From assembly GCA_963674785.1 (NCBI GenBank), contig OY771555.1:96001-160000 (forward strand): 64,000 nt of DNA, read 5' to 3'. The notes under the pieces are model-generated. The model searched no databases. It was not told the DNA's origin and worked only from the letters and a program-made list of their open reading frames with translations. The number at the start of each line of letters is the position of its first letter. Position 1 is the stretch's first letter. Both the position numbers and the translations under genes were made by a program. Below, piece after piece: positions 9,871 through 19,841 of this stretch. The DNA is from Caldisericia bacterium (GTDB taxonomy: Bacteria; Caldisericota; Caldisericia; JAAYUI01).

Positions 9871-11475
9871 ACCAGCCTTCACGAGTTTATGAAGATCCCA
9901 TTTGTATGCATTTTTTTCATTTATTCTTTGTTCATAAATTTCCTCTTCATGTAGTCTTATATGGCCATTTGACTGAAGATCAAATGATGTGTATTTTTTC
10001 AACTCTTCAAGCTTTCTAGTTATAAAATCATATCGATATAGAGGAATATCTTCATCCCCACTTTCATAGTGTGGCACAAAAACAAATTGTGATGAGTTGA
10101 ATGCAACACCTAAGGTTTTATTCATGTACTCATTTCTTCTAGGAGGGGCAATATCCTCAAAAAACATTTCGAGTTCACCCTCTTCAAAGTAGTAGCAATA
10201 AAAGCTACTATTCTTCTTTGAAGTATTCTTTATTGTGATTTGTTCCCCGGGCTTATCTTTTAGATAGATAACTTGCTCACCTGGATCTTCAGTGAAAAAA
10301 ACAACCTTTTCACCATCACCCCACTCATATCGAAGATTATCAAAAACTCCAATGGATTTTGAATCCTGTGTTTTTTTATCATACAAAAGCAGCTCAAATC
10401 TAGTTGGGGTTATCAATCGAACAAGATTGCTATCGGTAATATCTGAAAAATCGTTTATTTCTCTTTGATAGACAATAGTTTTATCAAACACATCAAGAAT
10501 AGCCGTGTCATCTGCAAATAATAATGGGTTTAGTTCAACAGTTTCACCATAAAATTGTCGCAAATCAAATCGATATGTGAAAGAATATATTCCTTCATCT
10601 GAAATTTCTTTTTGTTGGACAGCGAAAAGAAGAACCTTTCCATCGGGGCTCTTTTCAAGTTTCCATGTGTCGTTATCCTTGTAATAGTTAGGTTTGTCAT
10701 AAACCACTTTCATTATCCTCATGCTTTCTGAATCAGGACGTGATAAATTGTGTGCATAAAATTCCATGTCCATATTATTTAATGCGACTCCATACACCAA
10801 ACAGTTATCTAAAATCTTTATATCCCAATCATTTATAAACCTGTCTACCTGATCCGTGACAATTACAAAATTCCCATCAAAATCTGAGGCAAAAATTTTG
10901 TTTTCTACGGTCCAGGCAACGTAGTCATCAGTAATCCAAGATTGTCTCATGTTTCCCCAGGCCTGAAAATCCCATGGTTCACCGATTTGAGAAATTTCAC
11001 CAGTTTTTTTATTTTTTATATAAACACCGGAGAGATCTCCAACACTATCTTCATAGATATAAAAGTTTGAGTTCTGATGGATATATCCATATGCACTTTC
11101 AACAACCATCTTTTCAACATATGAAGATTTTTTAGTACCTGATGTAAACAATCCGGAAACAATTGCAACAACCAATAAGGCAACAATTGCACCAACAAAA
11201 AACGATGAGGCGAGAGGAAAGAACGGTTTTCTGTTTCCGGATTGTTTATCGGATTTTAAAAATCTAGCACTCCAAGCTGGCCTTGATTCAAGTATCGAAT
11301 CAGCAACCTTCAAAGCCGCAACTTCTGCATACCCCTGAGTTTCAGAAATGTGTTTTGCAAGACTCTCTCTAACCTCTTCAAATGATTTGAGGTTTCCGTC
11401 CTTATCTACACAATTCTCACAATATTCCCCCAACTTGTAGTGATTTCTACCACATGATTCGCAAGTCTTACTCAT
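9862..11475 (-). CDS. Zn-ribbon + single TM + probable beta-propeller protein (paralog B)
   Basis: Same N-terminal ~62 aa as paralog A; TM; DDYVAW blade. Confidence 0.65.
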   Translation of the reverse strand: MSKTCESCGRNHYKLGEYCENCVDKDGNLKSFEEVRESLAKHISETQGYAEVAALKVADSILESRPAWSARFLKSDKQSGNRKPFFPLASSFFVGAIVALLVVAIVSGLFTSGTKKSSYVEKMVVESAYGYIHQNSNFYIYEDSVGDLSGVYIKNKKTGEISQIGEPWDFQAWGNMRQSWITDDYVAWTVENKIFASDFDGNFVIVTDQVDRFINDWDIKILDNCLVYGVALNNMDMEFYAHNLSRPDSESMRIMKVVYDKPNYYKDNDTWKLEKSPDGKVLLFAVQQKEISDEGIYSFTYRFDLRQFYGETVELNPLLFADDTAILDVFDKTIVYQREINDFSDITDSNLVRLITPTRFELLLYDKKTQDSKSIGVFDNLRYEWGDGEKVVFFTEDPGEQVIYLKDKPGEQITIKNTSKKNSSFYCYYFEEGELEMFFEDIAPPRRNEYMNKTLGVAFNSSQFVFVPHYESGDEDIPLYRYDFITRKLEELKKYTSFDLQSNGHIRLHEEEIYEQRINEKNAYKWDLHKLVKAGGQ

Positions 11476-11480
11476 TGTCC
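11291..11480. repeat. Direct repeat copy 2
   Basis: Aligns with 9681-9870. Confidence 0.9.
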
Positions 11481-12052
11481 CCTCCTGTTATTTGACTAAT
11501 GAAGAATTGTTTCAAAACATCCCCAAATCTTGTGATTACTTCTTGATTTGGAGAGTAGAGTTCTTTGTTTTCAAGATACCGATAAATCAGACCTATCCAC
11601 ATGTTTGACGCAATAATTGGGTCAGAGTTTGGAGAAACTGATTTTAGACAGTCAATGATCATTGATGAGATTTTCATCTCAAACTGAAGTGCCTGAAGTT
11701 TTGCTTTTTCAGGGAGAAGAGATTTTCTTACAATAAGGTTTACATAAAGCCCTTCATTATAACCGATCATTCTCAGATGTGATTCAATTGCAGTTTCCAA
11801 TGGGATTGAGGAGTTATCAGATGGGAAAAAGTTTGAGGCTTTAAGGATATAGCTTTCTAAAACTGCAGATATTAACATCTCACGTGATCCAAAATGAGCA
11901 AAGATCGAACCATGGGCAACTCCTGCAGCTTTTCCAGCCTGCTTGATGAAGCTTTCATTGACACCTTCAGCAGAAATTATTTCCGTTGCGGAGTCGATGA
12001 TTTTTCTTCTGGTTTGTTCCTTTTTTTCAAGCCTTGATAGATTATCTGTCAA
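11468..12052 (-). CDS. TetR/AcrR family transcriptional regulator
   Basis: TRRKIIDSA...AAGVAHGSIFAHFGSRE HTH; probable TTG start at 12052 after SD AAGGAG. Confidence 0.9.
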   Translation of the reverse strand: MTDNLSRLEKKEQTRRKIIDSATEIISAEGVNESFIKQAGKAAGVAHGSIFAHFGSREMLISAVLESYILKASNFFPSDNSSIPLETAIESHLRMIGYNEGLYVNLIVRKSLLPEKAKLQALQFEMKISSMIIDCLKSVSPNSDPIIASNMWIGLIYRYLENKELYSPNQEVITRFGDVLKQFFISQITGGDNE

Positions 12053-12067
12053 AGTATCTCCTTTTCG

Positions 12068-12125
12068 TTGACTCACTAGTCAATGACTACTTAGTCAATA
12101 TAAAAAGATCGCCGAACTTTGTCAA
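12068..12125 (-). promoter_or_regulatory. Promoter TTGACA-17-TATATT with tandem palindromic operators TGACT-N4-AGTCA
   Basis: TTGACTcactAGTCAA (12068-12083) abutting TGACTacttAGTCA (12084-12097), immediately downstream of the -10. Confidence 0.75.
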
Positions 12126-12141
12126 GTTGTTTTGAGATTTA

Positions 12142-12612
12142 TTATGATAAGAATCTTTTTATCAAGCGCTTGGCAACTTCGTAAATTCCAGAAGTTGTTG
12201 ACTCTCTTGGGCCAGCAATATTCAAAACTTTTATCTTGTTTTCCGAAATCCAGCTTAAGATCGATACAACTTTTTTCTGAGAGACTCTTTTGTTAATTGT
12301 GATTACCAACAAGGGTTTTTTGGATTTTTCTGCGACATTCTTTGTCAGAAGCGTTCCACCAGTCGGCTCACTTCTTGTGATAATCAATGTACCATCAGAA
12401 TCGTGGATATTCATAATGGTTCTTTCGGGATATTTTCGGGTTTTGGTTTCTGACAAATTGTATTTATCAGGAATCCTTCCGTCTTCTGCAAGTCTTCCTT
12501 TTGGACACCACCCACCATGAGGGATTCCCAATTCAATTGCGGCATCGAGAGCTGCTCTATCAACACCTGTTTGCCCACCAGATACAATTTTAAGATTCTT
12601 TTTCACGTGCAT
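12142..12612 (-). CDS. Putative molybdenum carrier / SLOG-family protein
   Basis: KIVSGGQTGVDRAALD, GGWCPKGR.AEDG, RT..N..DSDGTL, LNIAGPRES. Confidence 0.9.
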   Translation of the reverse strand: MHVKKNLKIVSGGQTGVDRAALDAAIELGIPHGGWCPKGRLAEDGRIPDKYNLSETKTRKYPERTIMNIHDSDGTLIITRSEPTGGTLLTKNVAEKSKKPLLVITINKRVSQKKVVSILSWISENKIKVLNIAGPRESTTSGIYEVAKRLIKRFLS

Positions 12613-12688
12613 TGAAAATAAGATTTTAGCAAAGAACATGGGGAATGAAAGTACTGGAAATTTCCAAAAAATGGTGTAAAATTGAGGC

Positions 12689-13822
12689 ATGATAAACTTT
12701 ACACAATACAACCCGGTAAAAATTGTCTTCGGTCCAGGTGAAATAAAAAACCTTGGTATTCAGGCGAAAACTCTCGGTAATAAACCACTTGTTGTTTTTG
12801 GAATGAATTCAGCAAAAGAGACTGGACTTGATGAAAAATGTTTTCAGTTGTTGAAAGATTCAGGTCTAGAACCTGTACCATTCTATGGGATTGAACCAAA
12901 CCCAAGAGAATCGACATGTGATAAAGCTGCAGAGATTGCAAGAAACAAAAGTTGTGATTTTGTGATTGGGGTTGGTGGTGGTTCAGTTATGGACGCAAGC
13001 AAAACAATCGCTGCATCAGCATCCACAGGAAAACCTGTATGGTCACATGTAAAAAGGGAGGAACCTGTAACATCAGCTCTTCCAATCATGACAGTCTCAA
13101 CACTTGCTGCAACAGGTTCAGAGTTCAACGCTGGAGCAGTTATAACCAATTGGGAAACAAATGAAAAGCTGGGGTTATTTTCACCACATATGTTCCCAAA
13201 AATCTCAATTCTTGACCCAGAACTTTCTATCACAACTCCACCAAACCATACTGCATATGGCGGAGTAGACATCATGATTCATGTACTCGAAACATACCTT
13301 ACTTCAAGCGATAACTACACACCTGTCCAGGATGGTATTAGCGAAGCCATCATGAAAACAGTCATCAAGTATCTACCAAAAGCATACAGCGCTGGAGATG
13401 ATATTAATGCAAGGTCACAGCTTTCATGGACATCTGCAGTTGCTCTGTGTGGCATCCCAAACAACGGTCGCCCAGGTGGGTTTCTAATGCATTGGATGGA
13501 ACACGTCTTATCTGCCCATCACGACATCCCACACGGATTAGGTCTTTCATTCCTCTTGCCCCCAACACTTGAATATGTTTCTGAGGCATTCCCAAAAAGA
13601 TACGAGATGTTTTTAAATAATGTGTGCAGCGACATAAAAGAGTTCCTAAAGTTGGTTAATTGTTATGTCACACTGGAGGATATAAATATTCCCGAATCAG
13701 ACATACCAAAATTTACAGATGATTTGTTTGCTCAAAAGGCTGTAGATGGAAAAATACCTGGAAATCCAAGCCTAACACGTGAAAAAGTTGCTAGAATATT
13801 CTCTGGGAAATACAAGGAATAG
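12689..13822 (+). CDS. Iron-containing alcohol dehydrogenase (butanol dehydrogenase-like)
   Basis: GVGGGSVMDASK, TLAATGSE, D..IH, H..EH, HG.GL metal ligands. Confidence 0.93.
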   Translation: MINFTQYNPVKIVFGPGEIKNLGIQAKTLGNKPLVVFGMNSAKETGLDEKCFQLLKDSGLEPVPFYGIEPNPRESTCDKAAEIARNKSCDFVIGVGGGSVMDASKTIAASASTGKPVWSHVKREEPVTSALPIMTVSTLAATGSEFNAGAVITNWETNEKLGLFSPHMFPKISILDPELSITTPPNHTAYGGVDIMIHVLETYLTSSDNYTPVQDGISEAIMKTVIKYLPKAYSAGDDINARSQLSWTSAVALCGIPNNGRPGGFLMHWMEHVLSAHHDIPHGLGLSFLLPPTLEYVSEAFPKRYEMFLNNVCSDIKEFLKLVNCYVTLEDINIPESDIPKFTDDLFAQKAVDGKIPGNPSLTREKVARIFSGKYKE

Positions 13823-13975
13823 GAAGCTTTTAACATTTATTTATCAGTTGATGGTTTTTTAGTTGGCTAGCTCTAACAAATTTGGTGAAAAAGGGTTAAC
13901 TGTCAGTTAATCCAATGTGTAATTAGTCTATTGACCAATTCAGGCAAAAGGCTAATCTAGTTGGTGGAGGTCAAT

Positions 13976-16900
13976 ATGAAAAAACTTGTTGCTGCCGTCA
14001 TTTGTATATTATTAGTCGCAGGGCTTGTCTTTATTTCCCCTGTTGTTTTTGCAGAAGAAATAAATGTAATTGATATTAATGCTACCATATCAGATGGAAG
14101 TGTGACTCTTAACTGGGAAAAGCAAACTGCATCCACAATCTATGTTTACAGGGATTACTACAAAAATGCTAAACCTGTGGCAACCCTCAACCCAACCGAC
14201 ACAAGCTTTACAGAAAGCCCTACTCCTGGTAGCCACACATACTCAGTAATGATTATAGGTCGGGATGGTAGGGTTGCTTGTAGGTCTTCCGTTCTTCCGA
14301 CATATATACCTCCAGAGTGTGAATATCCGGACAACACAATGATCAAACTTTGGATTGGCAAAAAAACAATGGGTGTTAACTGTGATACACAAGAAATCGA
14401 TTCAGAACCAATAATCATTCAATCAAACACTTTTGTTTCAATCAGACCAATCATTGAAGCTGTTGGTGGATCACTGGGTTGGGATGGAGCAACAAAATCT
14501 GTTATCGTAAACCTTCCACCACATTCTGTTTCACTTTCAATTGGCAAAAACACCGCAACAGTTGATGGCAAAGAGGTGCAAATAAACAGCAATCCAGAAA
14601 TCGTTCCCGTAATTGTAAATGGAAGAACAATGCTTCCATTCAGATTTATCGCTGAGAACCTCGAAGGAACAGTTGAATGGATCGGCTCTGAAAAGAGAAT
14701 TGATATTCTTTTCCCGCTTCAGGAAAAAGTATCAGTAAGACGTGCAATGTCAGGAATGACATCTCTTGGAAGAAACTCACTTGGTCAGATAGTCAGTCTG
14801 AAAGATGTTGAAGAATTAGAAACAGACAATCCTATCGATGAGTTTCTAAAAGGGGCAAAGGTTTTAACTGGTACTGACTCAATTGAAGCAGTCCCGATTC
14901 TTGAATACAAGGACATAATTGGAAGACCAAACAGTTTGACAAAACTGTCTGACTGGCTTGGAATGTACAACCAAAACCTCAAAGCATACAAAATTTCATA
15001 TAAATCAAATCTGAGCAGTTTGAATGACTTTGATTCTGTTATTCTTCTAACCTCTGATGGTGAAATAGTTGATGCAACCTTTATCACTGCAGGTTTTGAT
15101 TTCAATATTGAAAGTTCAGATACCGAAAAAATGAACTATCAAATACTGTTACCAAGAGCATCGGTAAAAAACAAAAAGTACACATGGAATATTGAATCAA
15201 TCCCTATGACTGCAAGCAGCAAAGTCACATCACTCAACTTAGATGAACCACCAGGATGTGACACATGTTCAAGGACAGTTGGCAATGCCAATCTATCTTT
15301 TGAAAACAAAGCAACAGAAAACCTCAGTCAAGCAAACAACATGTCGCTTGTTTTGCTTTCTTCTCTTGTTGATTTTTCCTTTGATATATCAGGAGGAGAA
15401 GGATTGACATTATCACTTGATGAAGGTTGTGGATTCTTTCCGGGAACGTCATGCCCAAGCATTGATGGAGAGTTTGCTGAGTTTCAGCTTTCTATGGTTG
15501 ACAATAGACCCCCAAACAACACATCAACAGTGAATAACTGCTCAGAAGCAGTAAAAGGCACATTCAACATAGCTGAATCAAACTCAAAATGGAACAGAGC
15601 AAGTGATGGAAAGTCTACAAATGAAGATTTCTTATCAATAAATATTGAGGATTCTTCAAGACCACGTTCAATTTCATTGGACATAAAAGAAAATGACCAT
15701 ATGTTCGGTTTCTTTAAGGTTTTTGCTCTGCCAAAAAGTATTTCTCTTTCACCCAATCCAATGCTGGATATCACTGTGCCAATCCTGAATTCGCCATCCG
15801 GAAAACAAGTTGGTAGATTCAGAGTCTCTGGAACATCTCAACTAAAAATTTCTTTCCCAAATGGAAAACCATCCTGCTGGTTTGGAGATGAAGACAAAGA
15901 TGGTCAAACTAACCTCTCCATTAACACGATCGCAATTGATAAATCCACAGATTTTGACTGTCCTTGTGGTGAGACAAATGCCTTTGATTACGTTAATTAT
16001 GAGATTATTCAAGAAGAGGGAGTAGGTTCAGTAATATTTGATGTCAGAGTGAACTCCGATATAGCATTTGTCCCAAAAAATGCAGAGGTTTCAATAGAGT
16101 TAATTAGGAATGACGAGGTTGTCTCAACCCATGATGTATCCTACTCTGACCCATCACTTAATATAACTGATGACACAGCAGAGGCTGGAGAGTTTTATAA
16201 ATACTGTTTAAAACTGATTTCAAATAGTGTTGAGATTGAAAACTATTGCATTGAAGAAGAACTTCAACCCAATCCATGGCTATTCTTCATGGAATGGAGC
16301 GATGTTCCAAACGGAAGAGTTTTAGAAAAAAGCATCGAGAGAGGGTCAGAAGAAAGTTTTGATGTTATCATACACAACGTTTCAGAAAACGTTTTCAAAG
16401 CAGAACTCAGCATAAATAATCCAAATTACAAGTGGGATGTTTCATTTGTTGATAAAGAATCTCCGACATGGATTGAACTCAAACCCGGGCAAAAGGAAAC
16501 AGTAACGCTAACAATTTACCCAGACTCATCAATACCATCTGGGGAGAAAAACAACGTTGAAGTTGTTTTGAAAAGCGGACTCCAAACTATGGTTCTTACA
16601 GGCATTTTTTCTGTTTCTGCCCCAAGCTGCTCATATGAGATATCTTGGGTTTCTGGTGGAACAGGTATGGGAAATGATATTAGTCCAGGAACAGAGTTAA
16701 TAGAAATCTTTACGATCAAAAACACAAGTAGCCAACAGCAACAATTTATTTTGGACTACAGCACCGAACAAGACAACACAAATACATTCTGGAATATAGG
16801 ATTTAAAGATCAGAGGAAGGGTGGGAAAATCTTCCTTGGGTCAGACGAAGAAACACAGGTGGCATTTGCAGTTTCATCGCCACAGGGAGCCAAAGATGGT

Positions 16901-18055
16901 GAGACTTTAAAAATAAAGATTGAAGTTCTAGGATGTGGAGAGTCAAAAGAGCTATCATGGTCAATAACAAACAAATTAATGGAGTGTTCATTTGAACTCG
17001 AGTGGGCTGAAAAGAAATCAACAACAAGAACAACCGTTGAAACAGACTCAAGATGGAACGAGACTTTTTATGTTTGGAACTTCAGTGATTATGAGGGAGT
17101 GTTTACTCTCGATGTCGAAGTAGAAGGAGAACCGATTGTTGCATATTTAGATAACTATGATCTAAAGATTAAAAGTGGCACATACGAAGAGGTCACGATC
17201 ACATTCCAGATTCACGCGAAAGCAAAAGTTGGTGATTCCTCTGTAAATATCGTTGCAACATGCGGTAAAACAACTCAAACCTTAGATCGAAGATTTTTAA
17301 TTAAGAAAAAGAGTGACTGCCAATTTGAATGTTACTTCCTTGAATCTGAAACAAGTAACCTTGGTAAAGACATGGAAGTTGGCAAAGAAGTTCAGATACC
17401 TATTTATGTCAAAAATAATAGCGTTGATCCACAGCTTTTCTCGGTAAAGGTTGTAAGAAGTGAAACGGATTGGGCATCTGGTCTTGTTGAAGGAAAAGTC
17501 AGACAGACATTCAATCTCGGATCGGGTGGTGACACAAGCAATCTTGTTGTATGGATAAGAGGTGAAGACGACACAAAACCCGGAGATACATGTAAGCTTT
17601 CGATTGTAATAACTGCGTGCAACACCAAAAAAACAATCGTGTGTAACATCACATGTGTTGAAAAAACAGAACTTGATGTTGAACTTGAGCAAGAAATCAC
17701 GTTCAGAAACTGGAAAAAGAACGGTATGCTTGAGGTTGGGAATCGAATTGAGTTTAACAGAAAAGGAAGCGGTAACATCCTAACACAAAATTACAAGATC
17801 AAATTCTTTGATGCCCAGCAAGATAATGCATACATCGGTGAACTTGATGAAGTCAGACTCGTAATGTCAATCTACAAAGGTAGACCACAATGGGATTTCA
17901 AATACTATGTCTCGACTGAAATAATAGAAAAACTGAAATCATTTGACAGCAAAAAGATTAAAGCAAAGATGACTATCTCAATGCTTTATACTCACGATGA
18001 TGGGACTACAGATGTAGTAAAAAAAGAACTTGAAACCATATTTGAGCTTCCATAA
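13976..18055 (+). CDS. Large secreted surface protein: FN3-like + copper-amine-oxidase N-terminal (stalk) domain + multiple Ig-like repeats
   Basis: Signal peptide; FVSIRPIIEAVGGSLGWD and GRTMLPFRFIAE stalk motifs; repeated Cys-bracketed Ig-like modules (I.N.S...F.L...W). Confidence 0.75.
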   Translation: MKKLVAAVICILLVAGLVFISPVVFAEEINVIDINATISDGSVTLNWEKQTASTIYVYRDYYKNAKPVATLNPTDTSFTESPTPGSHTYSVMIIGRDGRVACRSSVLPTYIPPECEYPDNTMIKLWIGKKTMGVNCDTQEIDSEPIIIQSNTFVSIRPIIEAVGGSLGWDGATKSVIVNLPPHSVSLSIGKNTATVDGKEVQINSNPEIVPVIVNGRTMLPFRFIAENLEGTVEWIGSEKRIDILFPLQEKVSVRRAMSGMTSLGRNSLGQIVSLKDVEELETDNPIDEFLKGAKVLTGTDSIEAVPILEYKDIIGRPNSLTKLSDWLGMYNQNLKAYKISYKSNLSSLNDFDSVILLTSDGEIVDATFITAGFDFNIESSDTEKMNYQILLPRASVKNKKYTWNIESIPMTASSKVTSLNLDEPPGCDTCSRTVGNANLSFENKATENLSQANNMSLVLLSSLVDFSFDISGGEGLTLSLDEGCGFFPGTSCPSIDGEFAEFQLSMVDNRPPNNTSTVNNCSEAVKGTFNIAESNSKWNRASDGKSTNEDFLSINIEDSSRPRSISLDIKENDHMFGFFKVFALPKSISLSPNPMLDITVPILNSPSGKQVGRFRVSGTSQLKISFPNGKPSCWFGDEDKDGQTNLSINTIAIDKSTDFDCPCGETNAFDYVNYEIIQEEGVGSVIFDVRVNSDIAFVPKNAEVSIELIRNDEVVSTHDVSYSDPSLNITDDTAEAGEFYKYCLKLISNSVEIENYCIEEELQPNPWLFFMEWSDVPNGRVLEKSIERGSEESFDVIIHNVSENVFKAELSINNPNYKWDVSFVDKESPTWIELKPGQKETVTLTIYPDSSIPSGEKNNVEVVLKSGLQTMVLTGIFSVSAPSCSYEISWVSGGTGMGNDISPGTELIEIFTIKNTSSQQQQFILDYSTEQDNTNTFWNIGFKDQRKGGKIFLGSDEETQVAFAVSSPQGAKDGETLKIKIEVLGCGESKELSWSITNKLMECSFELEWAEKKSTTRTTVETDSRWNETFYVWNFSDYEGVFTLDVEVEGEPIVAYLDNYDLKIKSGTYEEVTITFQIHAKAKVGDSSVNIVATCGKTTQTLDRRFLIKKKSDCQFECYFLESETSNLGKDMEVGKEVQIPIYVKNNSVDPQLFSVKVVRSETDWASGLVEGKVRQTFNLGSGGDTSNLVVWIRGEDDTKPGDTCKLSIVITACNTKKTIVCNITCVEKTELDVELEQEITFRNWKKNGMLEVGNRIEFNRKGSGNILTQNYKIKFFDAQQDNAYIGELDEVRLVMSIYKGRPQWDFKYYVSTEIIEKLKSFDSKKIKAKMTISMLYTHDDGTTDVVKKELETIFELP

Positions 18056-18077
18056 AAAGTGTTTCCACAATAAACGC

Positions 18078-18114
18078 AAAAACCCCTTTAGTATAAGAAA
18101 CTAAAGGGGTTTTT
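18078..18114. terminator. Bidirectional terminator between convergent genes
   Basis: AAAAACCCCTTTAG...CTAAAGGGGTTTTT. Confidence 0.85.
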
Positions 18115-18122
18115 CAATATAT

Positions 18123-19736
18123 TCAGCCAGACATTTTGTCATGCATTGAGCAATATTTTGAAAACAGTTCCTCATAAACAAGTACATTTGAAGGTGTTGG
18201 CTTAAAGAAGTCATGCTCACTAGGCTTCATTTTCTTTAAAAAATCTTCTCTGTTCTCATAACCAAGACTTTGAAGGTCGAGTGACATTGCACCAATTATT
18301 GCTGTCCCACGAGCAATTGCCTCTGGTGTATCCGGAACACTTATCGGTATATTCAAAACATCTGCATAAATCTGTAGAGCAGTTGGAGATTCAAATGGGA
18401 TTGTCCCTACAGCGCAAATCTTATCAAAGGGGAGTCCCCCACTCTTAAATGATTCCACAATTTTTCTTGATCCCAAAGCAGATGCTTCGATCAAAGATTT
18501 ATATATCTCGGCCGGAGAAGATGCTAATCTCAATCCACTAATGCAACCTGTTAAAGAAGGATTGTACAAAACGCTCTTGTTTCCATCAAACCACTCTAAC
18601 GATAAGACCCCATTTGATCCCGGTGGAATTTCTGATAGCCACCTGTCAAGAGTAACAGAAATATCAACTTCATCTTCATGAGATCTCTCATAAAGGCTGT
18701 AAGGTGCGAGAGTATCAATAAACCAGGAAATAATCTCCCCTGTACCAGGTTGCCCAGCTTCATATCCCCAGAATCCATCGATTATTCCGTCTTTTACAGC
18801 ACAAGAGTAACCTTCAAAAATTCTCTCTTCAACACTCATCAACATCTGAGCAGTAGAGTCTCCAAAGACTATTGTTAGGGTGTCCGGAGTGTATATTCCT
18901 GCCCCAGCAACACCAACATGATTTGAGGCAACACCAGCCCCAACAGGAGTTCCAGGCATCAAACCAAGTTTTTGAGCAGCCTCTGGTAACAGATTTCCTA
19001 CAAATCTCCCGGGTTTCATGATTGGGATATCTTTTATCTTTGCAGCCTGTCTTGCTAAATCAAATGAAACAGCTTCAAAATATGACCCACTTGGATAACC
19101 AAAACCTTCAACATAACATGCTTTATATCCAGCAGAACACTGATTCCTAATCTGTTTACCAGTTAGCTGCCAAACAATCCAATCAGAACCTTCTATGTAC
19201 CACTCGGTTGCTTTTGCAACTTCCGGAGCATCATCGATAGTTTCTAAAAGCTTTGGCCAAAGCCATTCACTACTTATCCTATTCCCAGTGTGATCAAGAA
19301 ATGGTTCGCCTCTGTCTCTGGCAATCTTTGTCATCTTCTTTGCTTGTTTGAATGAGGACTTGTGATTCCAGAGTTTTGGCCAAGAATGAGGATTACTTTT
19401 GAACTCATCCTTCAAGCATAGAGGAACACCAAAGGAATCAGTGGGCAATACGACACAACTACCCATAGACACACCAACAGATAATATCTCAGATGAAGGA
19501 ATACCAGTTTCATCAAGAAGAGTCTCAACAGCTCTTGCCATGGAAACAAGCCAAGATTTAGGATCACCAAGCATAAAACCATTTGGGATTCTTTCACCTG
19601 TTGGAAGCTTGTTTCTGATAACTCCGATTTCATAATCATCAACAGCACGACCGATCATATTTCCGGAGTTTATGTCAATAGCAACAGCTTTGACAGATTC
19701 GGCATTAAAAGATAGTCCCAGTAATATTCTTGCCAT
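18123..19736 (-). CDS. Ribulokinase-like FGGY family protein with degenerate catalytic motifs
   Basis: AraB-type segments KLWNH, GNRISSEWLWPK, DWIVWQLTG, CSAGYKA, YEAGQ, EWFDGN; phosphate-1 DxGT replaced by SFNA. Confidence 0.8.
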   Translation of the reverse strand: MARILLGLSFNAESVKAVAIDINSGNMIGRAVDDYEIGVIRNKLPTGERIPNGFMLGDPKSWLVSMARAVETLLDETGIPSSEILSVGVSMGSCVVLPTDSFGVPLCLKDEFKSNPHSWPKLWNHKSSFKQAKKMTKIARDRGEPFLDHTGNRISSEWLWPKLLETIDDAPEVAKATEWYIEGSDWIVWQLTGKQIRNQCSAGYKACYVEGFGYPSGSYFEAVSFDLARQAAKIKDIPIMKPGRFVGNLLPEAAQKLGLMPGTPVGAGVASNHVGVAGAGIYTPDTLTIVFGDSTAQMLMSVEERIFEGYSCAVKDGIIDGFWGYEAGQPGTGEIISWFIDTLAPYSLYERSHEDEVDISVTLDRWLSEIPPGSNGVLSLEWFDGNKSVLYNPSLTGCISGLRLASSPAEIYKSLIEASALGSRKIVESFKSGGLPFDKICAVGTIPFESPTALQIYADVLNIPISVPDTPEAIARGTAIIGAMSLDLQSLGYENREDFLKKMKPSEHDFFKPTPSNVLVYEELFSKYCSMHDKMSG

Positions 19737-19787
19737 GTTTATATTGTAATGATAAATCAATGGTTTGCAAATTTTGTTGGCAATAAA

Positions 19788-19812
19788 AACCCCCGATTAG
19801 TAATCGGGGGTT
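19788..19812 (-). terminator. Terminator after giant surface protein gene
   Basis: AACCCCCGATT...AATCGGGGGTT followed by T-tract on minus strand. Confidence 0.75.
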
Positions 19813-19841
19813 GCCGGAAAGAGATATACAAAAGAAAAGTT

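Noticed and set aside
9681-11480. Repeat pair as diversity-generating retroelement TR/VR
   Set aside because: Mismatches are not adenine-specific, both copies are at 5' ends of intact genes, and no reverse transcriptase is present
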